Assembly (NCBI RefSeq): GCF_006345805.1
Contig: NC_043013.1
Span: 50,530,001 to 50,594,000 of the forward strand
DNA from: Octopus sinensis
Taxonomy: Eukaryota
Reading direction: 5' to 3'
DNA: 64,000 bases
The position numbers and the translations under genes were made by a program. How positions within the stretch are numbered: position 1 is the first letter of the stretch; the number at the start of each line of letters is the position of its first letter. Below, one piece after another: positions 1 through 13,055 of this stretch. The notes beneath the pieces are model-generated. The model had not been told where the DNA came from. It saw only the letters and a program-made list of their open reading frames with translations, and ran no database searches.

Positions 1-277
1 ATATATATATACACACGCACACACAGATACACACATGTAGGCTTCAGATCTCCTCAATTAGTATCAAATGGAAGCGTAGGAACGTATGTGTGTCTGTTTG
101 TGTGCTTGTGTGTGTATATATATATATGCGTGTATGAGTGCGTCTGTGCATGTGTGTATACTTATGTTTATTTATATTTATGTATGCATCTATGTCTGAT
201 TGTAACTATGTGTGTGAGTGAATAAATATGTGTATATGTTTGTGAATGCATATGTGTGTGTGTATGTATGTATGTAT

Positions 278-315
<38 letters not shown>

Positions 316-349
316 GCATATATATATATATATATGTATCTATATATGC

Positions 350-420
<71 letters not shown>

Positions 421-421
<1 letters not shown>

Positions 422-577
422 TTTATTAAAGCAGCAGAAAATTCAACAAAATCTGTTACTCTGAGTTTCTCGTTGCCGTTCATCAGACAGTTTTTGCTAG
501 CAAAAACTGTCTGATGAACGGCAACGAGAAACTCAGAGTAACAGATTTTGTTGAATTTTCTGCTGCTTAAAATAAAG
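421..577. repeat. Near-perfect fold-back palindrome (~78-bp arms, no spacer) in (TA)n, probably Penelope pLTR-derived
   Basis: Arms are reverse complements centred on GCT|AGC (498/499), with differences only near the outer end. (TA)n on both sides. Confidence 0.93.
501..550 (+). ncRNA. Minimal type I hammerhead ribozyme-like motif (mirror copy on minus strand at 447-496)
   Basis: Stem I CAAAAACTGT/ACAGATTTTG, core CTGATGA (511-517), stem II CG-GCAA-CG, GAAA (528-531), palindromic stem III ACTC-A-GAGT, cleavage triplet GTA ending at 540. Confidence 0.7.
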
Positions 578-609
<32 letters not shown>

Positions 610-1333
610 TATATATATAGTTATATATTATATATGTGTGTGTGTGTGTGTGGCTGTCTGTATGTAGGAGCAGGCGCGGCTGTGTGTTAAGAAAGATTGC
701 TTTCCAAAACACATGGTTCCGGGTTCAGTCCCACTGCGTGTCACTGTGGGCAAGTGTTTTCTACTATAGCCTTGGGCCGACAGAATCCTTGTGAGTGTAT
801 TTGCTAGACGGAAACTGAAAGAAGCCCGTCGTATATGTACATTTATATATATGTGTGTGCGTGCGTGTGTGTATCTGTACTGGACAACCGGTGTTGGTGT
901 CCTTTTGTCCCGTAACTTAGCGGTTCGACCAAAGAAACCGATAGAATAAGTACTAGGCTTAAAAAATAACGCCTGGTGGCAATTTGTTCGACTAAAACCC
1001 TTTAAGGCGGTGCTCCAGCATAGCCGCAGTCAAATGACTGAAACAAGTAAAACAGTAAAAGCATGTATGTATGTATGTGTGCGTGTGTGTGCGCACGTGT
1101 CCCTTTTGATACAAATTCGCCCGAGATTGCCCCAGGATGTATGGTACAAGCTTCCTGCATTAAAATGCTTCAATTAAAGCCATCCATCAAAATTTCATGT
1201 TGAATTATGTTCCAGACACCAACTTAATAATGACAAAGATATTTTCGCAAAATTCTTCAGAATTCTACAAAATTAATAGAAAAAAAAATGCAATTTCAAC
1301 AACATCCTTTTGCCTTTTGTTATTTCTAAGTGC

Positions 1334-1364
<31 letters not shown>

Positions 1365-1637
1365 TGTATGTATGTATGTATGTATGTATGTATGTATGTA
1401 TGTATGTATGTGTATGTATGTATTTGTGTGTGTCTGTGTTTGTCCCGCCACCCACCATTGTTTGACAACCGACGCTGGTGTGTTTAGGTCCCCGTAACCT
1501 AGCGGTTCGGGAAAACAGACTGATAGACTAAGTACCAGAGAATAAGTGCCGGGTGTCGATATGTTCGACTAAATGCCTTTAAGGCAGTGCTCCAGCATGG
1601 CCGCAGTCAAATGACTGAAACAGGCAAAACAATAAAG

Positions 1638-1679
<42 letters not shown>

Positions 1680-2569
1680 TAATAAATAAAATATATGCAT
1701 ACATACAAACATATATGTACGTACCGACATCTACATGTATATATACATGCATATATAAATATATATACGTACAGGACATCACAAGAAGACGAAAAAATGA
1801 ACAGAACGAAAACGGAAAAGACATTTTGTTACAACAGAAGGACAGAGACGTGGAACAAGACGAAACGAAAACGGGAAAAACAATTATGTGCAGTAGAAAA
1901 ACGAAGTACAAGACATGCTGCACAAGGAAAAATCCCCTTCATCAGTTGTCGCTAGCAGACACGTGTTTCGAAGACATACATACGTACATGTATGTATGTA
2001 TGTATGTATGTATTATTTTAGATGAGCCAACCTATTGCTATCCTGAGCTTCACAGCAATAAGCTGCCCCAACCAACATAAAATATCATTAATATCTGATC
2101 TGTACCATGTTATTGAGTACACTTTTTCCCGATAGTAAATACTAAACGGACACACACACACACACAGTGCATATACATGCTGTTCGTTACTGGTTATGGC
2201 CCAGTGGTCAGGGCAGCGGAATTGCAGTCGTAGGATCGCGATTTCGATTCCCAGAGGGCGTTGTGAGTGTTTATTGCACGAAGGCACCTAAAGTTCTACG
2301 AGGCTCTGGCAGGGAGTGGTGGCGAACCCTGCTGTACTCTTTCACCACAACTTTCTCTCACTCTTACTTCCTGTCCCTCTTGTACCTGTATTTCAAAGGG
2401 CCAGCCTTATAACACTCTGTGTCATGCTGAATCTCCCTGAGAGCTATGTTAAGGGTACATGTGTCTGTGGAGTGCTCAGCCACTTGCACGTTAATTTCAC
2501 GTGAGCAGGCTGTTCCGTTGATCGGATCAACTGGAACCCTCGTCGTCGTAACTGATGGAGTTCCACGAG

Positions 2570-3560
2570 TGGTTATGGTTTTTACAAAATAGAGAACGTT
2601 CATCTAAATGAATGAAGTAATATATCAAGTTGGAAAGAGTGTCCTATCACTTTTTTGGCATATTTTTGTAGTTATTTTTTTCAAAACTTACAGTAAAATA
2701 AGCATTAATTTTTACACTCTAATGTTTTTCTTTCTTTGCGTATTATTTTATACAATAGTGGTAAAATTTGTATCGATTTTAATTAAGTTTAAATCATGTC
2801 CATACAGTATGAATTTAAAAAGATCTCTTCAGTAATGAAATTGGTAAGAAATATTTGTTCTGTCTATGGAAATGAAGCTTCAAATATCCTAACATGCCAA
2901 CAATGGTTTTGGTCAGTTTTGGCCGGGAAATTTTTCTCTCACTGATTTTTCTTCGATCTGGACAACCAAATTTTGCCAATTCTTAGTTTCAGAAAATCGT
3001 ATTTGAGGAAATTCCAAAACAAACAGTGCGATAGAAAATAAAAACCCACTTCATTTGAAGTCCATCCTCAAACTAGAACTTTCCCTGATAAAAGTTATCT
3101 GTTTGGTGGGATATGAAAGCTGGCGTCTATCATAAAGAGTTAAACCACAACAAAACAGTTAATGTGGAGAAGTATTGTTGTCAATTAGAAGCATTGAAGA
3201 AAAATCGCTTCTCCTTGGTTTAATCGTAAAGGAACATTGCTTTTACACAATAATACAAGACCACGTATTGACCAAGTGTTTCAGAAAAAGATTATGGCAC
3301 TAAATACGGAAGTTGAGTCCTATATTTCTTATTCTCCTGGTTTTGCTCTATCAGACGACTATCTTTTCAGATCATTGCAACATTATTTAGAGAGATAACA
3401 GGTTATTAATTGTAAAGGGGTTTAAAATGGCATTGAATGCTTCATTCTTTTCGAAACCTGAACAATTTGACATCCGAATGATCAACAACTTGGCCACGCG
3501 TGGTCTGCTTATAAATTATTAAAAAAAATGCAACGTAACACCCATAACTTTTGGAAACAT
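2570..3560 (+). mobile_element. Decayed mariner transposon
   Basis: Frameshifted remnants of mariner transposase motifs: WWDMK..., TVNVEKYC, LHNNTRP (HDNARP) and YSPGFALSDDYLFRSLQ (YSPDLAPSDYHLFRSL). Boundaries approximate. Confidence 0.7.
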
Positions 3561-3610
3561 TGCTCCACGCTCAGAATTGTCGAAGCCATGGAATAAAATA
3601 ACCAAAACTA

Positions 3611-4120
3611 TCGTAAATCCTCGAGTATAGTCCGCCCTTGAGTATAATACGCAGGGGATTTTTAGGGGGCTGTACCTCTGAAAATCCTAAACCTTGTGTA
3701 TAATACGCACCCCTTCTCTAACTTGAGTCAAGTTATATAACGTCCTTGGTTTGTAAAAAATATATATACGGTAATGTCCTTTATTATTATTGTATATATA
3801 ACATAATGCAAACGTGTAGCTTTTTTGTGCATTTTGTTTGCAGAAAATAAAGAAATAACAGTAATAACGTTTAATAAATGTTGCTTACTGCAAGTTATGG
3901 ATGATTCTTTTATGACTTCATTGCTTTCAGGCTTAGCTTAAGGTATTTTCGCACCCGACATCACAAAATGCGTCTGAATAAACATTGCCGGACAGCAAAT
4001 AGAGACTCGGACATTGCTTAGAAAATATTTTTCATTTTTAACCTCGTATATAGTACGCACTAGGGATTTTGACCTTTAAATTTTGGGGAAAAAATGTGGA
4101 TTATACTCGAGGATTTACGG
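3611..4120. mobile_element. MITE of the Tc1/mariner-pogo type
   Basis: TIRs (T/C)CGTAAATCCTCGAGTATA(G/A)TCC at both ends, flanked by TA. Non-coding 510-bp body. Confidence 0.85.
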
Positions 4121-4492
4121 TACTCACATCAGTTGTTAGCTGTCAGGACACTACATCCTTCAAAACTTCCCTGCTTCCTGAAACTCACCAACACTACTCC
4201 TTATGTACCTATGCACAAATTCCTCTTTATGGCCCTTTTAATGTTCACTCTTTCGTCTTCAAATGCTTTATTCTATGCATGTACTCCGAGTTTGCAGTGC
4301 TACTTTTTTTCTACCTTATTTATGTTTGCTTTCTGTACCATCTTTTAACATATTCCAACGAGTTTTTGTGCGGCCGAGTACCGTATACAATAAGTGCATC
4401 ATCGTCATCGTCACTGCCGCAGTCGTCGTCAGCCTCCTCCTCCTTCTCCTAAAATACTACTACTACTAATAATAATAGTAATAATAATGATG

Positions 4493-4541
<49 letters not shown>

Positions 4542-4707
4542 TAATAATCCTTTCTATTATAAGCGCATGGCCTGGAGAGGGAGCCAGTCAATTAGATTGA
4601 CCCCAGCACGCAACCGGTCCTTTAGTTATTGACCTCGAAAGGATGAAAGGTAAAGTCGACCTCGCCGGAATTTGAACACAGGACGCGAAATACCGTCGTC
4701 GTTGTCA

Positions 4708-4748
<41 letters not shown>

Positions 4749-4749
4749 G

Positions 4750-5303
4750 AGTGAGAGAGCAGTTCATGCCATCAAAGTGACATTGGAGTAAAATATACGA
4801 AGCCCGGTATACCCATCATGACTACCCATCTGATAAGGGTACACCAAGCACATGCATCACAACCATATGTGCACAACATGGTGATCTCATATCAAGATTA
4901 ACAGCGCATGACCTTGCAGGTGGGGCCCAGTTAGAATTTTATTCAGGTTGAGTAGCCCATCCCGCTCAAAAGGTCAATGAATAAGGTTTGTTCAAGGATG
5001 TTGAACAACACACCCACGTTTCCAGTGGTGAATTATCCAAACCCCAAAGATTTCCTGCAAACACATGGCTGTGATGCTCCCTCACTACTTCTACTCGTGA
5101 TCAGAGATGAACATATCATCAGCCACTAAGGGACATGCTCAGCTGGTTAAGGTCAAACAACTGACAAGCAAATCTGTGGTATTGAGCAGAATATTTGCTG
5201 TAGCCCATCTTTTATACCAAGACAAAACAATGTACATGATAACACTTCCAATCAGTTAAGATCAGAAGCCATAAAAGCCACTGTCTGGTACTGCATCAGG
5301 GCA
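4750..5303. mobile_element. Non-coding retroposon fragment inserted in (TAA)n; further copies at 11764-12112 and 12133-12513
   Basis: Three copies share GAGTGAGAGAGCAG...ATCAAAGTGAC at one end and CCACTG(T/C)CTGGTACTGCATC(A/G)GGGCA at the other. All abut ATT repeats. Confidence 0.7.
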
Positions 5304-5332
5304 TTTATTATTATTATATTATTATTATTATA

Positions 5333-5390
<58 letters not shown>

Positions 5391-5682
5391 TTTGCTTTTG
5401 CTCTGGGTTTGTACAAATTGACTCCAAGTCTCATCCAGATTCCTCAAGAGACGAGTTAAAATTTCAAGTTGGTGTTATGACTAGGGTGCTATATTTTTGG
5501 TTTTTGCCCAGAGTATTGTTCTAGAGAATGTCTGTGAAAACAAGAAAATTAGAAGTTTGTTTTAAAAGTAATTTGATTATAAGAGATGATAGTGTGATCT
5601 TAAGATGACTGCAAAAGATGTTTGCTATTATGTACATTTAAAAGTACTTTTGGCAATGTTTATAGATTAAAATGTTTTAGGG

Positions 5683-5757
<75 letters not shown>

Positions 5758-5760
<3 letters not shown>

Positions 5761-6590
5761 AGGTCTTATTTTTATAACGTGCTTTCACTGCACTACCGAG
5801 TACAGCTCTGTGTGCCTTGGGTATGTGCTGTGGTTTGTTGTGATGCTCTTGTTTTCACTGTATTGAAAGTGTTTTGCGTAGGATGTGTGCAGTGCCCAGG
5901 AGTGCAATTTTCTGTATGTTGTATATATTTGTAAGTCCTGGTGTTTTTGTTATGTATTTGTCTGAATATTTTTTTATCATGCCTAATGCACCTACTATGA
6001 TAGGAATTGTTTCTCTTTTTAGACTCCACATTCGAGTTACCTCTATTTCCAGGTCTTTGTATTTTGAAAGTTTCTCCATTTCTTTTAGAGAAACATTGTT
6101 ATGTATTGATATTGATTCATCGATTAGTAAACATTTTTTTTCTTGATGATCTCTGATAATTATATCTGGCATTTAGCCTTAATTTCTCTATCTGAGTATA
6201 TTGGCATATCCCAGAGTATATTGACATATTGCTTTCTCATTTTCAGTGTTCTTTTCTGGTGTGTGCCTATACCATATATTGGCATAGCTTCCAGTGTATC
6301 CCAACTGTGTCGTGTCTGTGAATATATTCTTTCTTAGCCAGGACTGGGCAGCCAGAGACAATATGATTTTTGTTTCTTGTCCACCTCCACATATTCTGCA
6401 GTTACTTGTTATGTTTCTTTTCATTATATGTTTTTGGTAATTTCTGGTGGGGAGGCTTTGGTCCTGTGCTGCAATTAAAAATCCTTCAGTCTCTGTTTTG
6501 AGTCCTGAGCTTCTCAACCATTGTCTTTTTTGTTTAGTATAATCCAGTATTTGCCATGAAGCGGCTTTTCTTGCCATCGTTTTGTCATGA
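5758..6590 (-). mobile_element. R4/Dong-like non-LTR retrotransposon 3' fragment (REL endonuclease), disrupted
   Basis: ORFs 6188-6718 and 5855-6172 give ETEGFLIAAQDQSLPTRNY, CRIC zinc knuckle, PDIII..CLLID and KLSKYKDL..W...IPIIVGALG. The 3' end abuts (TAA)n. Confidence 0.85.
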
Positions 6591-7033
6591 TCCGTCGCTG
6601 TTCCGGTTTTAGTTTGGATTTCAGTTGTTTTAATTATCATTGCTGTTGTTGTTGTTGTTGTTGAGCAAGGCAGCGAACTGGCTGTAGACGAAATGCCAAG
6701 AAGTATTTCGTCTGGCACGTTCTGAGTTCAAATTCCGTCGAGGTCGACTTTTTCCTTTCATCCTTTAGGGGTCGATTAAATAAGTACCAGTTACGCACTG
6801 GCGTCGATATAATCGACTTAATCCGTTTGTCTGTCCTTGTTTGTCCTCTCTGTGTTTAGCCCCTTGTGGGTAGTAAAGAAATAGGTATTTCACCCTTCAC
6901 TACGTTCTGAGTTCAAATTCCATCGAGGCCGATTTTACGTATCATCCTTTCAGGGTCGATAAATTAAGTACCAGTTGTGTACTGGGGTCGATCTAAAATT
7001 CAGGCCTTGTGCTTATAATAGAAATTATTATTA

Positions 7034-7077
<44 letters not shown>

Positions 7078-7091
7078 TATTATTATTATTA

Positions 7092-7131
<40 letters not shown>

Positions 7132-7134
7132 GTT

Positions 7135-8286
7135 ATTTTCTTTTTTTTCTTCTTTCAAATTTGCTTCCATTTCTTGCCGAGTGTCTTCCCGACTCCTAGG
7201 GCAAAGAAACTCATAGTATACATTGGTAGGCCATTAAACTAAACTCACTAGTTCGTTCATTTAAAAAAAAATTTAAGTTAAATTAAAATACATGGGTAGT
7301 AATAGTTCTCACATCGACAATGCTCTTCTCAATACGTGCGATGTACCAGTTAAGACAATCTTTTGCACTTCTTGCAGGGATGGTAAGCCAGGGATCATTC
7401 TCATATAATTTTCGGTTCCCTTCTTGATCATTCCTAGTGCTCCTACGATCACTGGTATTGTAACCGCCTTGAGATGCCACATTTTCTCAATTTCAATGAG
7501 TAGGTCTTTATATTTTCTGAGCTTGTCAAACTCTTTCGCTGAGATATTATGATCACAGGGGATGCTCATGTCGATCAATAAGCAAACTCTATTGTTTTGG
7601 TCTTTCACAACAATATCTGGTTTATTGGCTTTGATGGTTCGGTCTGTATGTACTGGAAAGTCCCACAGAATCGTTACATTTTCTCCTTCAGTTACAGCCT
7701 CAGGGTGGTGATTATACCACTTGTCGGCAGTTTTGATATTGTAATGCCGACTTATTAGCCAGTGTAGATATTGGCCAACTCTGTCATGTCTTAATTTATA
7801 CTCCACTGGTGCTAAGACTTTACATCCAGAGATTAGGTGGTCCACTGTTTCAATCATGTCGTTGCAGAATCGGCATTTTGGGTCTGCTCCATTTTTCATC
7901 ACATTGGCCTGGTAGTTCCGGGTTAATAGGCTTTGATCTTGAGCAGCCAGGATGAAACCTTCGCTCTCTGCTTTTAGCCCTGAGCTCCGTAGCTACAGAT
8001 GGGTTTGCTTCTGGTCAACATCAGCTTGTTTGCTGCGGGTCACATATTTGCCGTGCAGAGGTTTCTCCTCCCACCTATCAGCCAATTGCTCGTGCGCTTT
8101 TTTCGTTGCCATCATTTTCACCTTCTTTGCAACAATAGTTGCCGTACTTCCCTCGGGTTGTTCAGTTTGGGTATCCTGCACGAGATCAATAGCAAATTTT
8201 TTGCTTTCCTTTATGATAGAATGAAGCTTCTTTCGTCCTCGTGATTTTCCACGAGCTTTAACATCCAGTCATTCGTTATTTCAAGA

Positions 8287-8288
<2 letters not shown>
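7135..8288 (-). mobile_element. R4/Dong-like non-LTR retrotransposon, 5'-truncated
   Basis: ORF 7309-7902 has CRFC..ETVDHLISGC, RHD, WDFPVHTD, KPDIVV, LLID and KY (CCHC plus PD-(D/E)xK REL domain). The upstream frame has KPLHG, then a stop. (TAA)n on both sides. Confidence 0.9.
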
Positions 8289-8337
<49 letters not shown>

Positions 8338-8366
8338 CATTATTATTATTATTATTATTATTATTG

Positions 8367-8858
8367 CCTATGCACAGCTTCTAATGCTGGAGATGTATTA
8401 CAGTGTCAGCTGTTCACCACCAGTGAACTAAGGTAACACCTCTTATTTTTCGAGCATCTTCCGGAGTATTCGAGCGGTTCAAAACAGTGCAGTTTTCTGC
8501 AAGTGCTCCACCCTTATTGCAGCCCCTATTTGTTCATCGTACTTCTTGAAATCTTTGCTCACTGTTCCCAAGGCTCCGACAATTATTGGCACTACTGCTA
8601 CCTTTTTCATCGACCACAACTGCTTAACTTCCCAAGCTAACTTGTCATATCTCTCGACTTTTCTTTCTTCCTTATCGCATATCTTGTTATCAGCTGGGCA
8701 TTCTATATCTATGATCCAGCATAATTTGTTTTCTTTCTCAATTAAGTCTATGTCCGGCTTCCTATTCTCTATCTCCTGGTCGCACTGAATCATGAAATCC
8801 CATAGGATCTTTGCATTTCTATTTTCAACAATGCCTTCAGATTTGTGGTCGTACCAAT
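8367..8858 (-). mobile_element. Third R4/Dong-like REL endonuclease fragment (different subfamily)
   Basis: ORF 8479-8793 has KPDIDL..CWIIDIECP and PIIVGALG. Bounded by ATT repeats. Confidence 0.85.
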
Positions 8859-9048
8859 TTATTATTATTATTATTACTATTATTGAGTAAGGCAGCGAGC
8901 TGCCAGAATTGTTAGCGCGCTGGACGAAATGCTTAGAGGTATTTCAACCGTCTCTACTTTCTAAGTTCAAATTCCACCGAGATCGACTTTGCCGTTTAGG
9001 GTCGATAAATTAAGTACTAGTGATCACTAAGGTCGATGTAATTGACTA

Positions 9049-11718
9049 TGTAGTGACGCTATACAGCGGCGCGCGCGCGCACCGTCCATTTTTGTTTCGC
9101 GCGTGCGGTGTTTGTGCCTTCACCAAGGCAGAGAGAAAGGGCCCTCTCGCGCATGCGCGAAGCACCGGAAGAAGGACCTTTTTGCCTACGTGGCAGTTAG
9201 CCGAGGCAAGGGGATCGTAGGACGTTGACCGCTAGCGTCCAACAGCAGTCAGTGACTTGAGACAAAGCGACCGAGGGCAACGGACGTATATTTTCTCGCT
9301 GTCCATTTTTGATAGCAGTCGGCCGAAGGCTTTAACCAAATTGTTGCAGACAACATCATCTTCCTCTTTCCGGACGCCATCTTTGACCAGTGTCGTTAGC
9401 ATTTGAACACTGTAAATTCTACAGCGATAAGTTCAGCTCTGACACATCTATACCAAAGGGATACCCAGATATACCACTTATTTGTTACTGTCATAAGAGA
9501 ATAAAGTAGATATATATTATTTACGTCTGCGTCTTGTTGTTTCTGACTGGTAGAATCTGGATTTAAAAGCAACGGATAGTGATTGCACCAACTTGCACCC
9601 CAAAAGTGCAAGAGGAGATATTCATTTTTCGTTACACTGGTGACCCCCGACGTGATTCTGGTCTCAAACCAGAGATCACTTAACAACAAAGAAATCCACT
9701 TTTTCTGCCAAGTCCGAACACGATAAACTCTACGCATTCATCTTTCGACGATTTGTTTTCCGGCCACCACAAACAGTTATAGAAGGAGCCTTTCTTATTT
9801 TACAGACATAATGACGGACGCCATCATATCATCGATGCCTTTTCTCTACCGTCATCACCATCGTCGTCTTAGAACTTCACGTCGTCGTTATCTTCGTCGC
9901 CATCAACACTAAGAACAATGTTGTCTCAAGTCCACACCACAGTCGCCTCCACCACCAGTCGCCTTCAACACCGTCGACACAACAAGATGTAAATAGCAAC
10001 TCGCGGAAGTTTAGCCCACTTGCTGTTTGTGCATGGCACACCAAGGAATTAACAGCCCAGCACTATCTGCGAGATTCTTCTGTTCCAGTTAACCTGTCAC
10101 AGCATTGAAGCCACAACCGTTACACGATATGTGTCCAATCGGCATCTGCATTTGTGATCTCAACATTCTGTTACAGAACGAACTGCTATTGTGCATCAGG
10201 CTGGTAAATTAACTCCATTGTCTGAAATAGCCCTGAGAGACATTTTTTCTATGCGCTGTATTTTTATTTTTGCTCGCATTCACCTTGTTGTATTTTTGTC
10301 GTACACACGTACACACACATAAATGCTATCTCTCACATACATACGTCACACATGCTTTTCTCGTTTGTTTTTCCATGCTAAATTTGCCTTTGTGGACACA
10401 CCTCATTTCTGTAGACCCTAGGGGTCACGTATACATAGAGAGGGTTGTTTGTCCATTATAACGCGCCAGCATGTCACACTTTTGTTCCTGCACGAACGAG
10501 GCATATTCATTGCTGTTTTTCGGTCTGGCAAGCCCTATTGCATTCATGCACCTTTGCTACGCACGTGTACTGCCTTGTTTTTGCAACACGTTTGCGTTAG
10601 CTTAGTTCTTTTCCCGACTCAAAGAACGTCGGATGTTCACATGCGCTGCGCCTATGTATAGGCGTAATTTTTTCCCTGTTAGACCCCTGTTGGTTACGTA
10701 ATTAACAGAGAAAATTATCTGTGTCGCGCATCACACCAGCATGCTTGCACTTTTGCCTTTTGTGTTACTAGCGATCTATCTGTCGATTCCATTTCCTCTC
10801 CTGCAGCAATTGATTTAACTGCTATTTCGCAGGATCAACCACCTTTAGAGAAGTTGGATTTTAACTTCGCCTAGGTTCATTAACTGTGAGTTTGCTTCCC
10901 TTTAGCGGAAGGCTCTATACTTTGTGACGTATCCACCTTCACGAATGCACTTTTGATTTTTGCTCATTTTGAGTATTTTTACTATTTTTTCCTTTTGGTA
11001 AATTTCTTGTGTATGATGTAAATTTTGCCATTTTTATTATATTGTGTGCTATTTGGTTATCTGGTATCCACCTTGAGTTTTATAGTCACTACAAGGAATT
11101 TTGTGTCGTGCTTCGCACTGGGGTGGAGCTCTGTAGTGACGCTATACAGCGGCGCGCGCGCGCACCGTCCATTTTTGTTTCGCGCGTGCGGTGTTTGTGC
11201 CTTCACCAAGGCAGAGAGAAAGGGCCCTCTCGCGCATGCGCGAAGCACCGGAAGAAGGACCTTTTTGCCTACGTGGCAGTTAGCCGAGGCAAGGGGATCG
11301 TAGGACGTTGACCACTAGCGTCCAGCAGCAGTCAGTGACTTGAGACAAAGCGACCGAGGGCAACGGACGTATATTTTCTCGCTGTCCATTTTTGATAGCA
11401 GTCGGCCGAAGGCTTTAACCAAATTGTTGCAGACAACATCATCTTCCTCTTTCCGGACGCCATCTTTGACCAGTGTCGTTAGCATTTGAACACTGTAAAT
11501 TCTACAGCGATAAGTTCAGCTCTGACACGTCTATACCAAAGGGATACCCAGATATACTACTTATTTGTTACTGTCATAAGAGAATAAAGTAGATATATAT
11601 TATTTACGTCTGCGTCTTGTTGTTTCTGACTGATAGAATCTGGATTTAAAAGCAACGGATAGTGATTGCTTCTCGCACCCCCAAAAGGTCCGGAGAAGAT
11701 CATCACATTTTCGTTACA
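9049..11718 (+). mobile_element. Non-autonomous LTR retrotransposon (Gypsy-like, TRIM/LARD-type)
   Basis: LTRs 9049-9636 and 11132-11718, both TG...CA and nearly identical. 4-bp TSD ACTA (9045-9048 and 11719-11722). PBS TGGTGACCCCCGACGTGAT (9638-9656) complementary to the tRNA-Trp 3' end. G-rich PPT-like tract just before the 3' LTR. The 1.5-kb interior has no long ORF. Inserted into a SINE. Confidence 0.93.
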
Positions 11719-12599
11719 ACTAGTTTCCCCTCCCTAAATTTCAGGCCTTTTATTATTATTATTGAGTGAGAGAGCAGTGCAGGCAATCAAAGTGACATTG
11801 GGTAAAATATACGAAGCCCAGTATACCCATCATGACTACCCGTCTGATAAGGGTACACCAAGCACAAGAGCGCAACACGGTCATCTCATATCAAGATTAT
11901 CAGCGCATGACCTTGCCGGTGGGGCCCAATTAGAATTTTATTCAGGTCGAGTAGACCATTCCACTTGGATCCTCTCAACGCCCACCGGGGGTCGGTAGCG
12001 CCCACTTTGAAAACTTGTTTTATACCAAGACAAAACAATGTACATTGATAACACTTCCAATCAGTTAAGACAATAAGCCACGAGAACCACTGCCTGGTAC
12101 TGCATCGGGGCATTTATTATTATTATTATTAAGTGAGAGAGCAGTGCATGCCATCAAAGTGACTCTGGGGTAAAATATATGAAGCCCTGAACAAGGATTG
12201 TTTAAGGATGTTGAACGAAACACCTATGTTTCCAAATGTGAATTATCCAAACCCCAAAGAATCCCTCTCAACACATGGCTATGATGCTCCCCCACTACGT
12301 CTGCTCATGATCAGAGATGCACATATCGTCAGCCACCAAGGGACATGCTTAACTGGTTAAGGTCAAACAACTGAGAAGCAAATCTGTGGTATTGAGCGGA
12401 ATATTTGCTGTAGTCCATCTTTTATACCAAGACAAAACAATATACATGATAACACTTCCAATCAGTTAAGATCAGAAGCCGTGAGAACCACTGCCTGGTA
12501 CTGCATCAGGGCATCAAATACATGAATGTAAATCATCCCTTATTATTGTTATTATTATTACTGCTACTACTACTAGTAGTAATAGTAATAATTGTAGTA

Positions 12600-12635
<36 letters not shown>

Positions 12636-13055
12636 TGTAATAGTAGTAGTAATAGTAGTAGTAATTGTAGTTGTAGTAGTAATATTATCATTGTTGTTGT
12701 TGTAATTTATAAGACACGAATGGATTTACATCAAAATATAGAGAAATGTGACTGAATATTCTAAATGATTTAGTCGAAAACACTTACGTAACTATTCTTT
12801 TCTACTCCAGACACAGGGCCCGAAATTTTGGGGGAGGAGGGCAGTCGATTAGATCGACTCCAGTATTAACTGGTACTTAATTTATCGACCTCGAAAGGAT
12901 GAACGGCAAAGTCGACTTCAGCGGAATTTGAACTCAGAACGTAAAAGCAGACGAAATACTGCTAAGCAATTCGCCCGACGTGCTCACGTTTCTGCCAGCT
13001 CGCCGCCTTTAAACTTTTAAATATTCTCACCATGTCACTTCTATTTTTATAATAG

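Noticed and set aside
668-1058. tRNA-like sequences (TGGT.AAGAAG...GGGTTCAGTCCCAC) as tRNA genes
   Set aside because: They are multi-copy SINE heads without a complete cloverleaf, followed by shared SINE bodies.
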